Shown: positions 1 to 8,286 of the stretch, piece after piece | Numbering within the stretch: the stretch's first letter is position 1 | How the letters are laid out: each line of letters starts with the position of its first letter | Source of the DNA: Bdellovibrionota bacterium | Lineage (GTDB): Bacteria > Bdellovibrionota_C > UBA2361 > OMIW01 | Direction of reading: 5' to 3' | Assembly (NCBI GenBank): GCA_044345055.1 | Contig: JBIJBT010000050.1 | Span: 1-20,775, forward strand | DNA: 20,775 nt | Translations under genes and position numbers: made by a program | Notes under the pieces: generated by a model | What the model saw: the letters and a program-made list of their open reading frames with translations, nothing else | Told to the model about the DNA's origin: nothing | The model's database searches: none

Positions 1-1452
1 ATCATAGCCTCACCCTCTGTTCAGGTAATCGTTGCGCTTATCCTAATTTGTTATTCCTTTATTTCTCTTTTTCTTACTTCGATAGCAAGAAGAGGTAAGG
101 AGCGGCTGCTGTATTGCAAACGAGAGGAGAAGTTTCGGGTCGTAGTTTCGTTATCTTGCTGCTTGATCCTCGGTATCATCACGGTTTCTACTCGACCGAC
201 CGTTGCGGTGGCTCCACAGTCTGAAGTTGCCCTCAGTGGCATCGTTACATCTCTTCGCCGTCCATCAACGGGCGCGGTTCAGTTTCGGATATTGGCACAC
301 CGAGAGACGGCGCTTTTGGAGAGTGAATCGCGTGCCGATGAAAATCTTCCCCTTAATCTTCTTTGTAGAGCAGCGGCGCTACCGTGGCGGTGGGCAAGCA
401 AGCTGGTAGAGGGAGATCGTGTCTTTTTTGTAGCTTCGATAAAGCCTCTTCGATTATCGAGAGGAGGATTCGGATACGAGGATTCACTTGCCCGCTCAGG
501 CATTGATGCGACCTGCTCTGTTACCTGGCTGACTATTCCATCTTTAGTTCCAGATGGTGCGATCGGGGCTCTATCAAAAAATATTGATGATAGAACAGGT
601 CCGAAATACGATGAATTTGGCATAAATTCCGATGTCGGTCCCGCAGGTGATATCGATAGCAAACCGTTGCCTGAAATCATCGGTGATATCGTTACTGATG
701 CAGTTGGTAATACCGAAGCAGCCGCGCTTCTTCTCTCTATGACGATTGGGACAAGAGATCGTCTCAGTAAAGATACCGAGGAGCTATTCCGTTATTTTGG
801 ACTTGCCCATCTACTCGTAATTTCGGGCTATCAGCTAACTCAGCTTATTAGTTTAATGAGTTCGGTTGTTCGATCTACGATTGGACTTTTTTGGCGACAC
901 GTTGATCGACTTCCTCTTGGAATCTTACCACCTCTGATCAGCTCCGGATGTGGATTTGCTCTTGGTTCTATGGTTGGTTTTGAGGTTTCGATAACGAGGG
1001 CTATCGTCGGAGTTGTGTTGATTGAGGTTGTTAAAAGTGCAGAGGGAATTAAACAGATGGGTCACACCCTTCTTGTGACAGCTCTTGTCATGAGTGGATT
1101 GTGGCCAGGGGTATTATTTGAACCAGCGGGCGCACTCACAATGAGTGCTCTATTCGGCATTCTTGTTGGTTCAGCTATTGGAGGCAGCGGCTGGCGGGGT
1201 GTGATTGGAGCTCATTGCGGAGCTCTTCTTTTTGCAACATTTGTTGCAATGATATGGTTTCCGCCACCTAACGTGGTGGCTGCAATTTTGGTAGCTCCCT
1301 TTGCAGCTCTTTTTGCGATGATTATTCTCTATGGAACGGTCGTCGGAATTGCGGTCAATACGCTCGCAATTGACCCAAATGGGCTCTGTTTAAGGATTGT
1401 TGCTGCGATTGCGGAAGCGGCCCGCCATTTTCTCTGGAGGGTGCGGCTGTAA
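1..1452 (+). CDS. comEC: ComEC/Rec2-family competence membrane protein (5'-partial, no metallo-beta-lactamase domain)
   Basis: Frame 1 is open from base 1, so the real start lies upstream of the window. Hydrophobic N-terminus, OB-like region (GDRVFF...GFGYEDSLARSGI), then Competence-domain motifs F.YFGLAHLLVISGYQ and SITRA followed by multiple TM helices. Confidence 0.8.
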   Translation: MIASPSVQVIVALILICYSFISLFLTSIARRGKERLLYCKREEKFRVVVSLSCCLILGIITVSTRPTVAVAPQSEVALSGIVTSLRRPSTGAVQFRILAHRETALLESESRADENLPLNLLCRAAALPWRWASKLVEGDRVFFVASIKPLRLSRGGFGYEDSLARSGIDATCSVTWLTIPSLVPDGAIGALSKNIDDRTGPKYDEFGINSDVGPAGDIDSKPLPEIIGDIVTDAVGNTEAAALLLSMTIGTRDRLSKDTEELFRYFGLAHLLVISGYQLTQLISLMSSVVRSTIGLFWRHVDRLPLGILPPLISSGCGFALGSMVGFEVSITRAIVGVVLIEVVKSAEGIKQMGHTLLVTALVMSGLWPGVLFEPAGALTMSALFGILVGSAIGGSGWRGVIGAHCGALLFATFVAMIWFPPPNVVAAILVAPFAALFAMIILYGTVVGIAVNTLAIDPNGLCLRIVAAIAEAARHFLWRVRL

Positions 1453-1507
1453 GAGGATATGAAGAGAGTCGCAAAATGTTCTGAGGGCTACTGGTTTGCG
1501 GAGCACC

Positions 1508-2710
1508 TTATTCAGATATATCGGCGAAAACGAGCCGTTTGTAGGTTCGGAGGTCATCAATAATTCTCCCCACTCCTCTTACAACACAGTGAAGTGGATC
1601 GTTCGCGCGATAGCATGCAATACCTGTTGCTTCAGAGATTATTCGTGGAAGGTCCGTTAATAGAGAGCCGCCTCCGGCTAAACATATTCCTGACCGGGAA
1701 ATATCATCTACTATCTCCGGCGATGCCTGTTCAAGTACGGAGAAAATAGCGGTCACGATCGCACTTAACGGCTCTCGTAGAGCACGAGAAAGCTCGCCGT
1801 CTGAAATCTCTCTTCTAGACGGAAGACCGGAAAGAATATCTTGGCCAGTAACGATGCAGGAGCGTTCCGAGGTCATCGAGCTTGCCGAGCCAATCTGGAT
1901 CATTAGACGTTCGGCTTCAAAGCTTCCGATATTCAGATATCGCGCATCTCGGACATATTTTTGAATGGCTTCATCACATGCATCGCCAGCATAGGGAGAT
2001 GCTTCAAAATTAACAACCTCACCTTTGCTCATCACGGCGACCTCGGTGGTTCCACCGCCAATATCGACTATCATTCGTGCGGCTGTTTCATCGAGCGAGA
2101 GTCCTGCACCGATTGCAGCAGCGACCGATTCGCCAGCAAGGAGCACCGTACTAACGCCGCTGTGAAGCGCCGCATCTGCAACGGCTCGCCGCTCGGCATA
2201 CGATATTCCGGAAGGCACTCCAACTACGAGTCTAGGTCCTCTCATACTAAATCCGGTCTGCACTATACCGAGCAGATGCCGAATCATCGCGGCGGCGACA
2301 TCGAAATCCTGAATAGTCCCATTCTTTAAGGGGCGAACAACAGAGGTTGATCGGCCTGTCTTGCCGTACATCTCCTTTGCACGGTGCCCAACTGCAACGA
2401 CTTTGCCGGTATCCTGATTAATTGCAACGACGGTCGGTTCGTTAAACACGATACCCCGTTTTCGGACATAGACGAGGGTGTTGGCGGTGCCAAGATCCAT
2501 CGCGACATCGTGGGACCACGCTAATCGGAGATGAGGATAAATACTCGCGGCGGCACGATTGGCAAATGGATGGGATATCAGTTGGGCTGGGGATGAAATT
2601 GAGGATGACATTGATGACGAGAGCGATCCGCCGTAAGACGGGGATGCAGCAGTCTGAGCACTCGAGGAGAGCGTCGGGAAGGTAAAGGAGGAGCGCTTGG
2701 GAAGATTCAT
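1508..2710 (-). CDS. mreB: MreB/Mbl-family actin-like ATPase, divergent paralog with N-terminal extension
   Basis: Motifs DLGTANT, EPTVVA, RPLKNG, AAAIGAGL, VDIGGGTTEVAV, LAGGGSLL and DPLHCVVRG. A GAGG RBS-like sequence lies just upstream of the ATG at 2710. Confidence 0.9.
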   Translation of the reverse strand: MNLPKRSSFTFPTLSSSAQTAASPSYGGSLSSSMSSSISSPAQLISHPFANRAAASIYPHLRLAWSHDVAMDLGTANTLVYVRKRGIVFNEPTVVAINQDTGKVVAVGHRAKEMYGKTGRSTSVVRPLKNGTIQDFDVAAAMIRHLLGIVQTGFSMRGPRLVVGVPSGISYAERRAVADAALHSGVSTVLLAGESVAAAIGAGLSLDETAARMIVDIGGGTTEVAVMSKGEVVNFEASPYAGDACDEAIQKYVRDARYLNIGSFEAERLMIQIGSASSMTSERSCIVTGQDILSGLPSRREISDGELSRALREPLSAIVTAIFSVLEQASPEIVDDISRSGICLAGGGSLLTDLPRIISEATGIACYRANDPLHCVVRGVGRIIDDLRTYKRLVFADISE

Positions 2711-2872
2711 AACTGCCTCATTAGGAGAAAGGGCAGAGCAAACAGCCTACCGCCAACAGGGTACGGCAAACCCCTGTTCTCCGACAAGAACGAAAAGCCC
2801 CAATACACAATTTTTTTACAAGTTACTTAAAGTAAGAGGCTACAAGCAACACTCAGGCTCTCGGAAGTCGCC

Positions 2873-3256
2873 TCATTTGCTCGGCACGAGAGTATGCCAC
2901 GCAAGATATCCCCAAGCAAAAATAAAAGCACTCCCTCCAAGCGGAGTAATTGCTCCTAACCAACGAATACCTGTGACTGCGAGTAGATAGAGCGAGCCTG
3001 AGAAGAGAAACACACCGATGAGCAAAATGAGAGCGATCTTTTCTGCCGCACTACCTGAAACAAGCCCGCTGTGCGAGATGATCGCCACCAGAATAATTCC
3101 GAGAGCGTGGGTAATATGATAGAAAACCGCCTTTTCGTAGATCTGCAAAGCGTAATCGTCAATCCGTCCCCTCAATCCATGAGCCCCAAACGCGCCAGTA
3201 CCGACCGCAAGCATAAGTAAAATAGCTCCTATACCTATCCAACGGGCTGAATTCAT
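2873..3256 (-). CDS. DUF423 (YgdD/TMEM256-like) small membrane protein
   Basis: Motifs GAFGAHGL, YHITHAL, LFSGSLY and LGAITPLGG. Start placed at ATG 3256, which is preceded by GGAG. Confidence 0.9.
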   Translation of the reverse strand: MNSARWIGIGAILLMLAVGTGAFGAHGLRGRIDDYALQIYEKAVFYHITHALGIILVAIISHSGLVSGSAAEKIALILLIGVFLFSGSLYLLAVTGIRWLGAITPLGGSAFIFAWGYLAWHTLVPSK

Positions 3257-3634
3257 AATCGTCTCCAAGGGGGGCATCTTCGTAAAGAGAGGCAATTTTT
3301 TAGGCTACTCAAGGATAAAGAACATAGAGAAATAAGAGAAGCCTGTAGAGGACTCAAGTAATCCTTAAGTCGCTTGGTCAATCTTTGGCGTGCAATTAGT
3401 CGAGCATTAACAGGAAAGATCGATCCTAGGGTAGTTGGAGTTTAAGTTGCTCTACGATTAAGTTTATCTGCGAGAATTATTTGAAGTATTGCCCCTCAGT
3501 TACTGATGGATTTTTTAACTGCGACTTGCTAGGTTACTAAGAGGGGCTGATACTAAGGACAAATTTGCAGAGAACCCGAAACAAGCTACTGTTTTTGTCG
3601 CTAGACGTTTTATTTATAGCCGAGCGTTGCATAT

Positions 3635-4384
3635 ATGAAAATTCTTGTACCGATAAAAAGAGTTCCCGATTATGCCGTTAAGGTTAAGGTCGCTGCCGAT
3701 GAATCTGGCATTGAGACCGAGGGAGTTAAGTGGATCGCAAACCCATTTGATGAGATTGCTGTTGAGGAGGCGCTTCGGTTGCGAGAGTCCGGGGTTGCTG
3801 AAGAGGTTGTTGTGGCTACGATTGGGCCAGAGGGAGCTGAGCAACAGCTTCGTTACGGAATGGCGATGGGTGCCGATAGAGGTATTCACGTTGTTCACAA
3901 TGGCGAGCTCGATTCTGATCTTGCATCTCGTATTCTTGTAGCACTCGCAAAGAGAGAGGACTTTCCGCTCATCATATTAGGGAAACAATCTATCGATTCT
4001 GATGCTAATCAAACGGGACAGCTCATTGCGACACGTCTTGGTAGATCGCTTGCAACATTTGCATCGCGGGTCGTTATTGATGGAGCTTCTGCGGTTGTGA
4101 CCCGCGAGGTCGATGGAGGTCTTGAGACAGTTCGCATTCCGATTCCTGCGGTTATTACAACCGATTTGAGGCTTAACGAGCCTCGCTACGCATCGTTGCC
4201 GGGAATCATGAAAGCAAAGAAAAAGCCGGTTGAGCAGCTCACGGTGGAAACACTTGGTGTTTCTCCGACCGTTGCGGTGCGGGTGCGGCGTCTTTCGTTG
4301 CCACCGAAGCGAGGAGCGGGGCGCAAGGTCGCCGATGTTGCCGAGCTTGTACAGGTTCTGCGGGATGAAGCGAAGGTATTATAA
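3635..4384 (+). CDS. etfB: Electron transfer flavoprotein beta subunit
   Basis: Motifs MKILVPIKRVPD, NPFDEIAVEEALRL, GKQSIDSDANQTG and LNEPRYASLPGIMKAKKK. Confidence 0.97.
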   Translation: MKILVPIKRVPDYAVKVKVAADESGIETEGVKWIANPFDEIAVEEALRLRESGVAEEVVVATIGPEGAEQQLRYGMAMGADRGIHVVHNGELDSDLASRILVALAKREDFPLIILGKQSIDSDANQTGQLIATRLGRSLATFASRVVIDGASAVVTREVDGGLETVRIPIPAVITTDLRLNEPRYASLPGIMKAKKKPVEQLTVETLGVSPTVAVRVRRLSLPPKRGAGRKVADVAELVQVLRDEAKVL

Positions 4385-4399
4385 GGCAGGGAGGAATGC

Positions 4400-5386
4400 A
4401 TGGGCGCGATAGTGGTCTTAGGTGAGGTTGTCGTTCGAGCTGATGGGAGCGTTACAGTTGCAAAGAGTTCGCTCTGCGCGCTCGCTGCGGCAGCTGAATT
4501 TGCTGCAACACGTGGTGGGGCTCCGGTTCACGTACTAGTGGTCGGTGCATCTGCGAATCAACATGCAGCACTTTTTCAGCGGTATTCCGCTCAAACAATA
4601 CACTGGTTCGATGACGGTGCCGTTTCAACGTATCGGGCGCTTCCGTACGCAACGGTGGTATCCGCTGCGATGGATCTTATCGGTGCGGATACTTTCGTGT
4701 GTGCGGCTTCTAGCACCGGAAAAGATCTGGCACCGTGTGTTGCCGCGCTTCGTGATGCTGGGCAGGCATCCGATATAGTTGCGGTTCATCCTGATGGAAC
4801 TTTTCGGCGTCCGATGTATGCAGGAGATCTGCTTGCAGATGTTGAGATTGTAACCGAGCAAAAAGTTATTACGGTCCGAGCCTCTGCTTTTGCTCCAGCG
4901 GTTGAGGTGACCGATTCCGCGCCGATTGAGCGTCTTTCGATTGCAGCACCGATTCCCTCTCTTGGCGAGGTGGTTAATCACGAGCTCTCTGCATCTGCTC
5001 GACCGGAGCTTTCATCGGCAGCCGTTGTGGTCAGTGGAGGACGTGCAGTTGGTTCGGCTGAGCAGTTTGAGAAGGTTGTATTTCCTCTTGCTGATGTGCT
5101 CGGTGCTGCTGTTGGAGCATCGCGGGCAGCGGTCGATTCTGGATATGCGCCGAACGATTGGCAAGTTGGGCAAACCGGCAAGGTCGTTGCTCCGAACCTG
5201 TATGTTGCGGTTGGTATATCGGGCGCGATTCAGCACCTTGCAGGTATGAAAGATTCAAAGACAATCGTAGCGATCAACAAAGATCCAGAGGCTCCGATTT
5301 TTGAGGTGGCTACCTATGGATTGGTGGCTGATCTTTTTGAAGCGATTCCCGCTCTCACTGAGGCTATTCGACAGGTGAAGGGTTAG
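4400..5386 (+). CDS. etfA: Electron transfer flavoprotein alpha subunit
   Basis: Motifs VVSGGR, GASRAAVDSG, QVGQTGKVVAPNLY.AVGISGAIQHLAGMKDS and INKDPEAPIF. GGAGG RBS, directly after etfB. Confidence 0.97.
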   Translation: MGAIVVLGEVVVRADGSVTVAKSSLCALAAAAEFAATRGGAPVHVLVVGASANQHAALFQRYSAQTIHWFDDGAVSTYRALPYATVVSAAMDLIGADTFVCAASSTGKDLAPCVAALRDAGQASDIVAVHPDGTFRRPMYAGDLLADVEIVTEQKVITVRASAFAPAVEVTDSAPIERLSIAAPIPSLGEVVNHELSASARPELSSAAVVVSGGRAVGSAEQFEKVVFPLADVLGAAVGASRAAVDSGYAPNDWQVGQTGKVVAPNLYVAVGISGAIQHLAGMKDSKTIVAINKDPEAPIFEVATYGLVADLFEAIPALTEAIRQVKG

Positions 5387-5917
5387 GTGGTGTCGGTGGC
5401 GAGTTCTTCGTTCAGCGTTGTCGAGAAAAAAGAGCATAGAGAATTAGCGAGTGTGTTTCGCAGATTCGTATCTAAGCTTTATATCGGGACGATCGTTCTT
5501 TGTTTGTTCGGTTTAGCGGGGTGTAGCCACTCTTCGCTCCCACACGGGTTTAAAGAGGTTGTTTTTGTCGCGCCTGATGGCTCTGAGCGAGGGCGGTTTC
5601 ATCTTGAGGTAGCCGACACCGAACCGTTGCGGCAAAAGGGTTTGATGTTCCGTGATTCACTTCCTGCTGAAGGAGGAATGCTTTTTATATTTGAATCTGT
5701 TGCTCCACGTACCTTTTGGATGAAGAACACAAAGATATCGCTTGATATGATCTTTATCGGCGAGGATCGTGCGGTTCAGGGGATAGTTACAAACGTTCCC
5801 CCGATGAACGAACAACCCCGTTCAGTCCCCAATATCGAAAGTCGTTATGTAGTCGAGCTTGGTGCTGGAGTTGCTGAATCGCGCGGAATTCGGGTAGGCG
5901 ATGTGGTGCGTTGGTAG
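5387..5917 (+). CDS. DUF192-family protein, possible lipoprotein
   Basis: Motifs EVADT...KGLMFR, GMLFIF, FWMKNT.ISLDMIFI, YVVEL and GI.VGD. LAGC lipobox after a hydrophobic stretch. Exact start uncertain. Confidence 0.88.
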   Translation: MVSVASSSFSVVEKKEHRELASVFRRFVSKLYIGTIVLCLFGLAGCSHSSLPHGFKEVVFVAPDGSERGRFHLEVADTEPLRQKGLMFRDSLPAEGGMLFIFESVAPRTFWMKNTKISLDMIFIGEDRAVQGIVTNVPPMNEQPRSVPNIESRYVVELGAGVAESRGIRVGDVVRW

Positions 5918-6000
5918 GGTCGGAGTGATCTAGCTTTAGGATATAAATCCGAAGTAGAACTAATGACAAAACTTATCTAAAACTGCTCGTAATTTTTTAT

Positions 6001-6029
6001 TTGACTTGGACTAATCCAATCCTTATCAT
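6001..6029 (+). promoter_or_regulatory. Sigma70-type promoter candidate for the rho transcript
   Basis: TTGACT (6001-6006), 17-bp spacer, TATCAT (6024-6029), with an AT-rich stretch upstream. Confidence 0.7.
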
Positions 6030-6040
6030 ATTAAAAAAGA

Positions 6041-6061
6041 GCGAAGCGTTCGCTTCGTTTT
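6041..6061 (+). terminator. Stem-loop with short U tract (possible terminator for etfBA-DUF192, or 5' hairpin of the rho leader)
   Basis: GCGAAGC-GTTC-GCTTCGT followed by TTT and preceded by an A run. Confidence 0.45.
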
Positions 6062-6515
6062 CCTCGTTCCTGTCATCATTCGAGATAAGGCTTCATAACC
6101 AGTAGGCTTTTAGGCTAAATCTGGCGCTCGAGGGTACTGTGAGCCTGTCCCGTGGAAGCTCCGGAGTTTCTTCCGTCACTATCCGTAATCGAAGAGGAGA
6201 GTCGAGAATTGCGAGGGGGATCCCCTCTTAAGGCCCAAATTAAAGGAGCGCTTCTCTTGAAAAAAGTGGGTGCTGTCTTGAGATACTTTGGGCGATTTAA
6301 ATCGTGCAAAATCAAAGGGTGTCCGTTTCCGACCCTCTAATTTGGCATACCCTTAAAACTTACATTTCCCTTTGATTCGTTAATTCTTGCGCCGATGTGC
6401 GTGTGAATCTTGGGGGCTACCACCAAATCTCACCATTTAAACGTGTGAGCTCTAAAAGCGCCACCTTCTTATCCCGAAGACCGACCGATGGGGAGTGGTT
6501 ATTCCAGGAAGTATT

Positions 6516-7769
6516 ATGAACCTAAATGAACTAAAGCGTAAAAAATCGGAAGAGTTGGTAAAGATCGCTGCTGAGTACGGTATCGAGGGTGCAAACACGA
6601 TGCGCCGTCAGGATCTGACTTTTGCGATTCTTGCTGCGCAATCCGAGATTAATGGAAACATTTACGCTGAAGGTGTGCTCGAGTGTCTTCCTGATGGTTT
6701 TGGTTTTTTAAGAGCACCCGATTTTAACTATCTCCCCGGTTCGGATGATATCTACGTTTCTCCCGCGCAGATTCGTCGATTTGGTCTTAAAACGGGCGAC
6801 ACGATTGAGGGACAGGTTCGTCCTCCCCGTGAAAAGGAAGGTGAACGATATTTTGCGCTCCTGAAAATTAACTCGGTTAATCAGGACACAATTGATGCGT
6901 TAAAGACAAAGGTCCACTTTGACAATTTGACGGCGCTATATCCAACTGAGCGTCTTAAGCTTGAGAGCAAGAAGGGAGGAGTTTCGACCCGCATCGTCGA
7001 TCTTTTCTCGCCGATCGGAAAAGGTCAGCGTGGGCTGATCGTTGCGCCACCAAAAGCTGGGAAGACGGAGCTTTTAAAGGCGATCGCAAATGCGATAACC
7101 GAGAATCATAAAGAAGTTGTGCTGTTGGTGCTTCTTATCGATGAACGGCCGGAAGAGGTCACCGATATGCAGCGCTCGGTTAAGGGCGAAGTGGTGAGCT
7201 CGACCTTTGATGAGCCTGCTCAGCGACACGTACAGGTTGCTGAAATGGTTATTGAGAAGGCAAAGCGGCTCGTCGAGCACAAAAAGGATGTTGTGATTCT
7301 GCTCGATTCAATTACCCGACTTGCTCGTGCGTACAATACGGTTGTTCCAACTTCGGGCAAGATCCTCTCGGGCGGTGTTGATTCAAATGCTCTCCATAAA
7401 CCAAAGCGGTTTTTCGGGGCTGCAAGAAATGTTGAAGAAGGGGGAAGCCTCACGATTATCGGAACAGCGCTAATCGAGACCGGTTCGCGGATGGATGAGG
7501 TGATATTTGAAGAATTCAAGGGCACTGGCAATATGGAGCTTGTGCTCGATCGAAAGATCTCCGAGCGACGAATATTCCCAGCAGTAGATATTAATAAGTC
7601 GGGAACTAGAAAAGAGGAGCTTCTTGTTGTTAATGATCAGCTCCAAAAGATCTGGGCACTCCGAAAGCTCATTAGCCAGATGCAGCCGGTTGAGGCGATG
7701 GAGTGGATTTTGCCTCGGCTGCAGGAAACCAAGAGCAACGCCCAATTCTTTGAGATGATGAAGGGATAA
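6516..7769 (+). CDS. rho: Transcription termination factor Rho
   Basis: Motifs [61 protein letters not shown] and [11 protein letters not shown]. Start placed at ATG 6516 (MNLNELK), after CAGGAAG. Confidence 0.98.
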   Translation: MNLNELKRKKSEELVKIAAEYGIEGANTMRRQDLTFAILAAQSEINGNIYAEGVLECLPDGFGFLRAPDFNYLPGSDDIYVSPAQIRRFGLKTGDTIEGQVRPPREKEGERYFALLKINSVNQDTIDALKTKVHFDNLTALYPTERLKLESKKGGVSTRIVDLFSPIGKGQRGLIVAPPKAGKTELLKAIANAITENHKEVVLLVLLIDERPEEVTDMQRSVKGEVVSSTFDEPAQRHVQVAEMVIEKAKRLVEHKKDVVILLDSITRLARAYNTVVPTSGKILSGGVDSNALHKPKRFFGAARNVEEGGSLTIIGTALIETGSRMDEVIFEEFKGTGNMELVLDRKISERRIFPAVDINKSGTRKEELLVVNDQLQKIWALRKLISQMQPVEAMEWILPRLQETKSNAQFFEMMKG

Positions 7770-7801
7770 ACTTCGGGGTATTCTGATAATAGGGCAATGC
7801 G

Positions 7802-8182
7802 ATGGCGATGGTAGTAGCACTCGTAATACCGAATCTCATGATGCGGTCGAAGCTATCCGCGGTTGTTGAGGCCGCGGGATTAACCTCTCGGTATGTCCGC
7901 TCGGTCGGTGATATCGCCGGTGTGGTGGAGCGGGCGTCGGCTGATGGCGATTGTGTGCGGGGATTGATCGCGGACCTCAACGTCATTGGTGATGCTGAGC
8001 AGATGAGAGCTGCCGTATCTGCAGCGGGGGGAGATGTTAAGAAGCTCGGATTTTTCTCCCACGTTGATGGAGAGACTGGTGAAAACGGTACGGCGGCAGG
8101 TTTTGATCGGGTGATTCCACGCTCTAAGATTGATTCGGCTGTTCCGTTGTTTCTTGCTGAATTGCTTGATGCGCCGCAGTGA
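7802..8182 (+). CDS. Hypothetical protein with atypical receiver (CheY-like) pattern
   Basis: 126 aa with alternating beta/alpha pattern (LIADL, FFSHVD, AAGFDRVIPRS). Co-oriented between rho and mutL. Confidence 0.6.
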   Translation: MAMVVALVIPNLMMRSKLSAVVEAAGLTSRYVRSVGDIAGVVERASADGDCVRGLIADLNVIGDAEQMRAAVSAAGGDVKKLGFFSHVDGETGENGTAAGFDRVIPRSKIDSAVPLFLAELLDAPQ

Positions 8183-8286
8183 AAAAATTGAAAAGTAGAG
8201 GGGTTGTTTTTTTAGCTTATTTTTCGGCTTTGAGTGATTCGCTAAGAGTTATTCGCCAAGAGCGGTTTGATTGAGTGGCTTTGGCA

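Noticed and set aside
2755..2802. c-di-GMP-I riboswitch-like words (GGCAAACC...ACGAAAAGCC)
   Set aside because: No GNRA-capped P2 stem, and the words are on the strand opposite to both flanking genes.
3635..5386. Electron-bifurcating Etf/Fix system
   Set aside because: The EtfB motif GKQSIDSDANQTG resembles canonical non-bifurcating ETFs, and no fixCX or bcd is adjacent.
6115..6340. Short ORFs 6152-6340 (+) and 6115-6315 (-) in the rho leader
   Set aside because: No convincing RBS or protein features. A leader peptide cannot be excluded but is unsupported.
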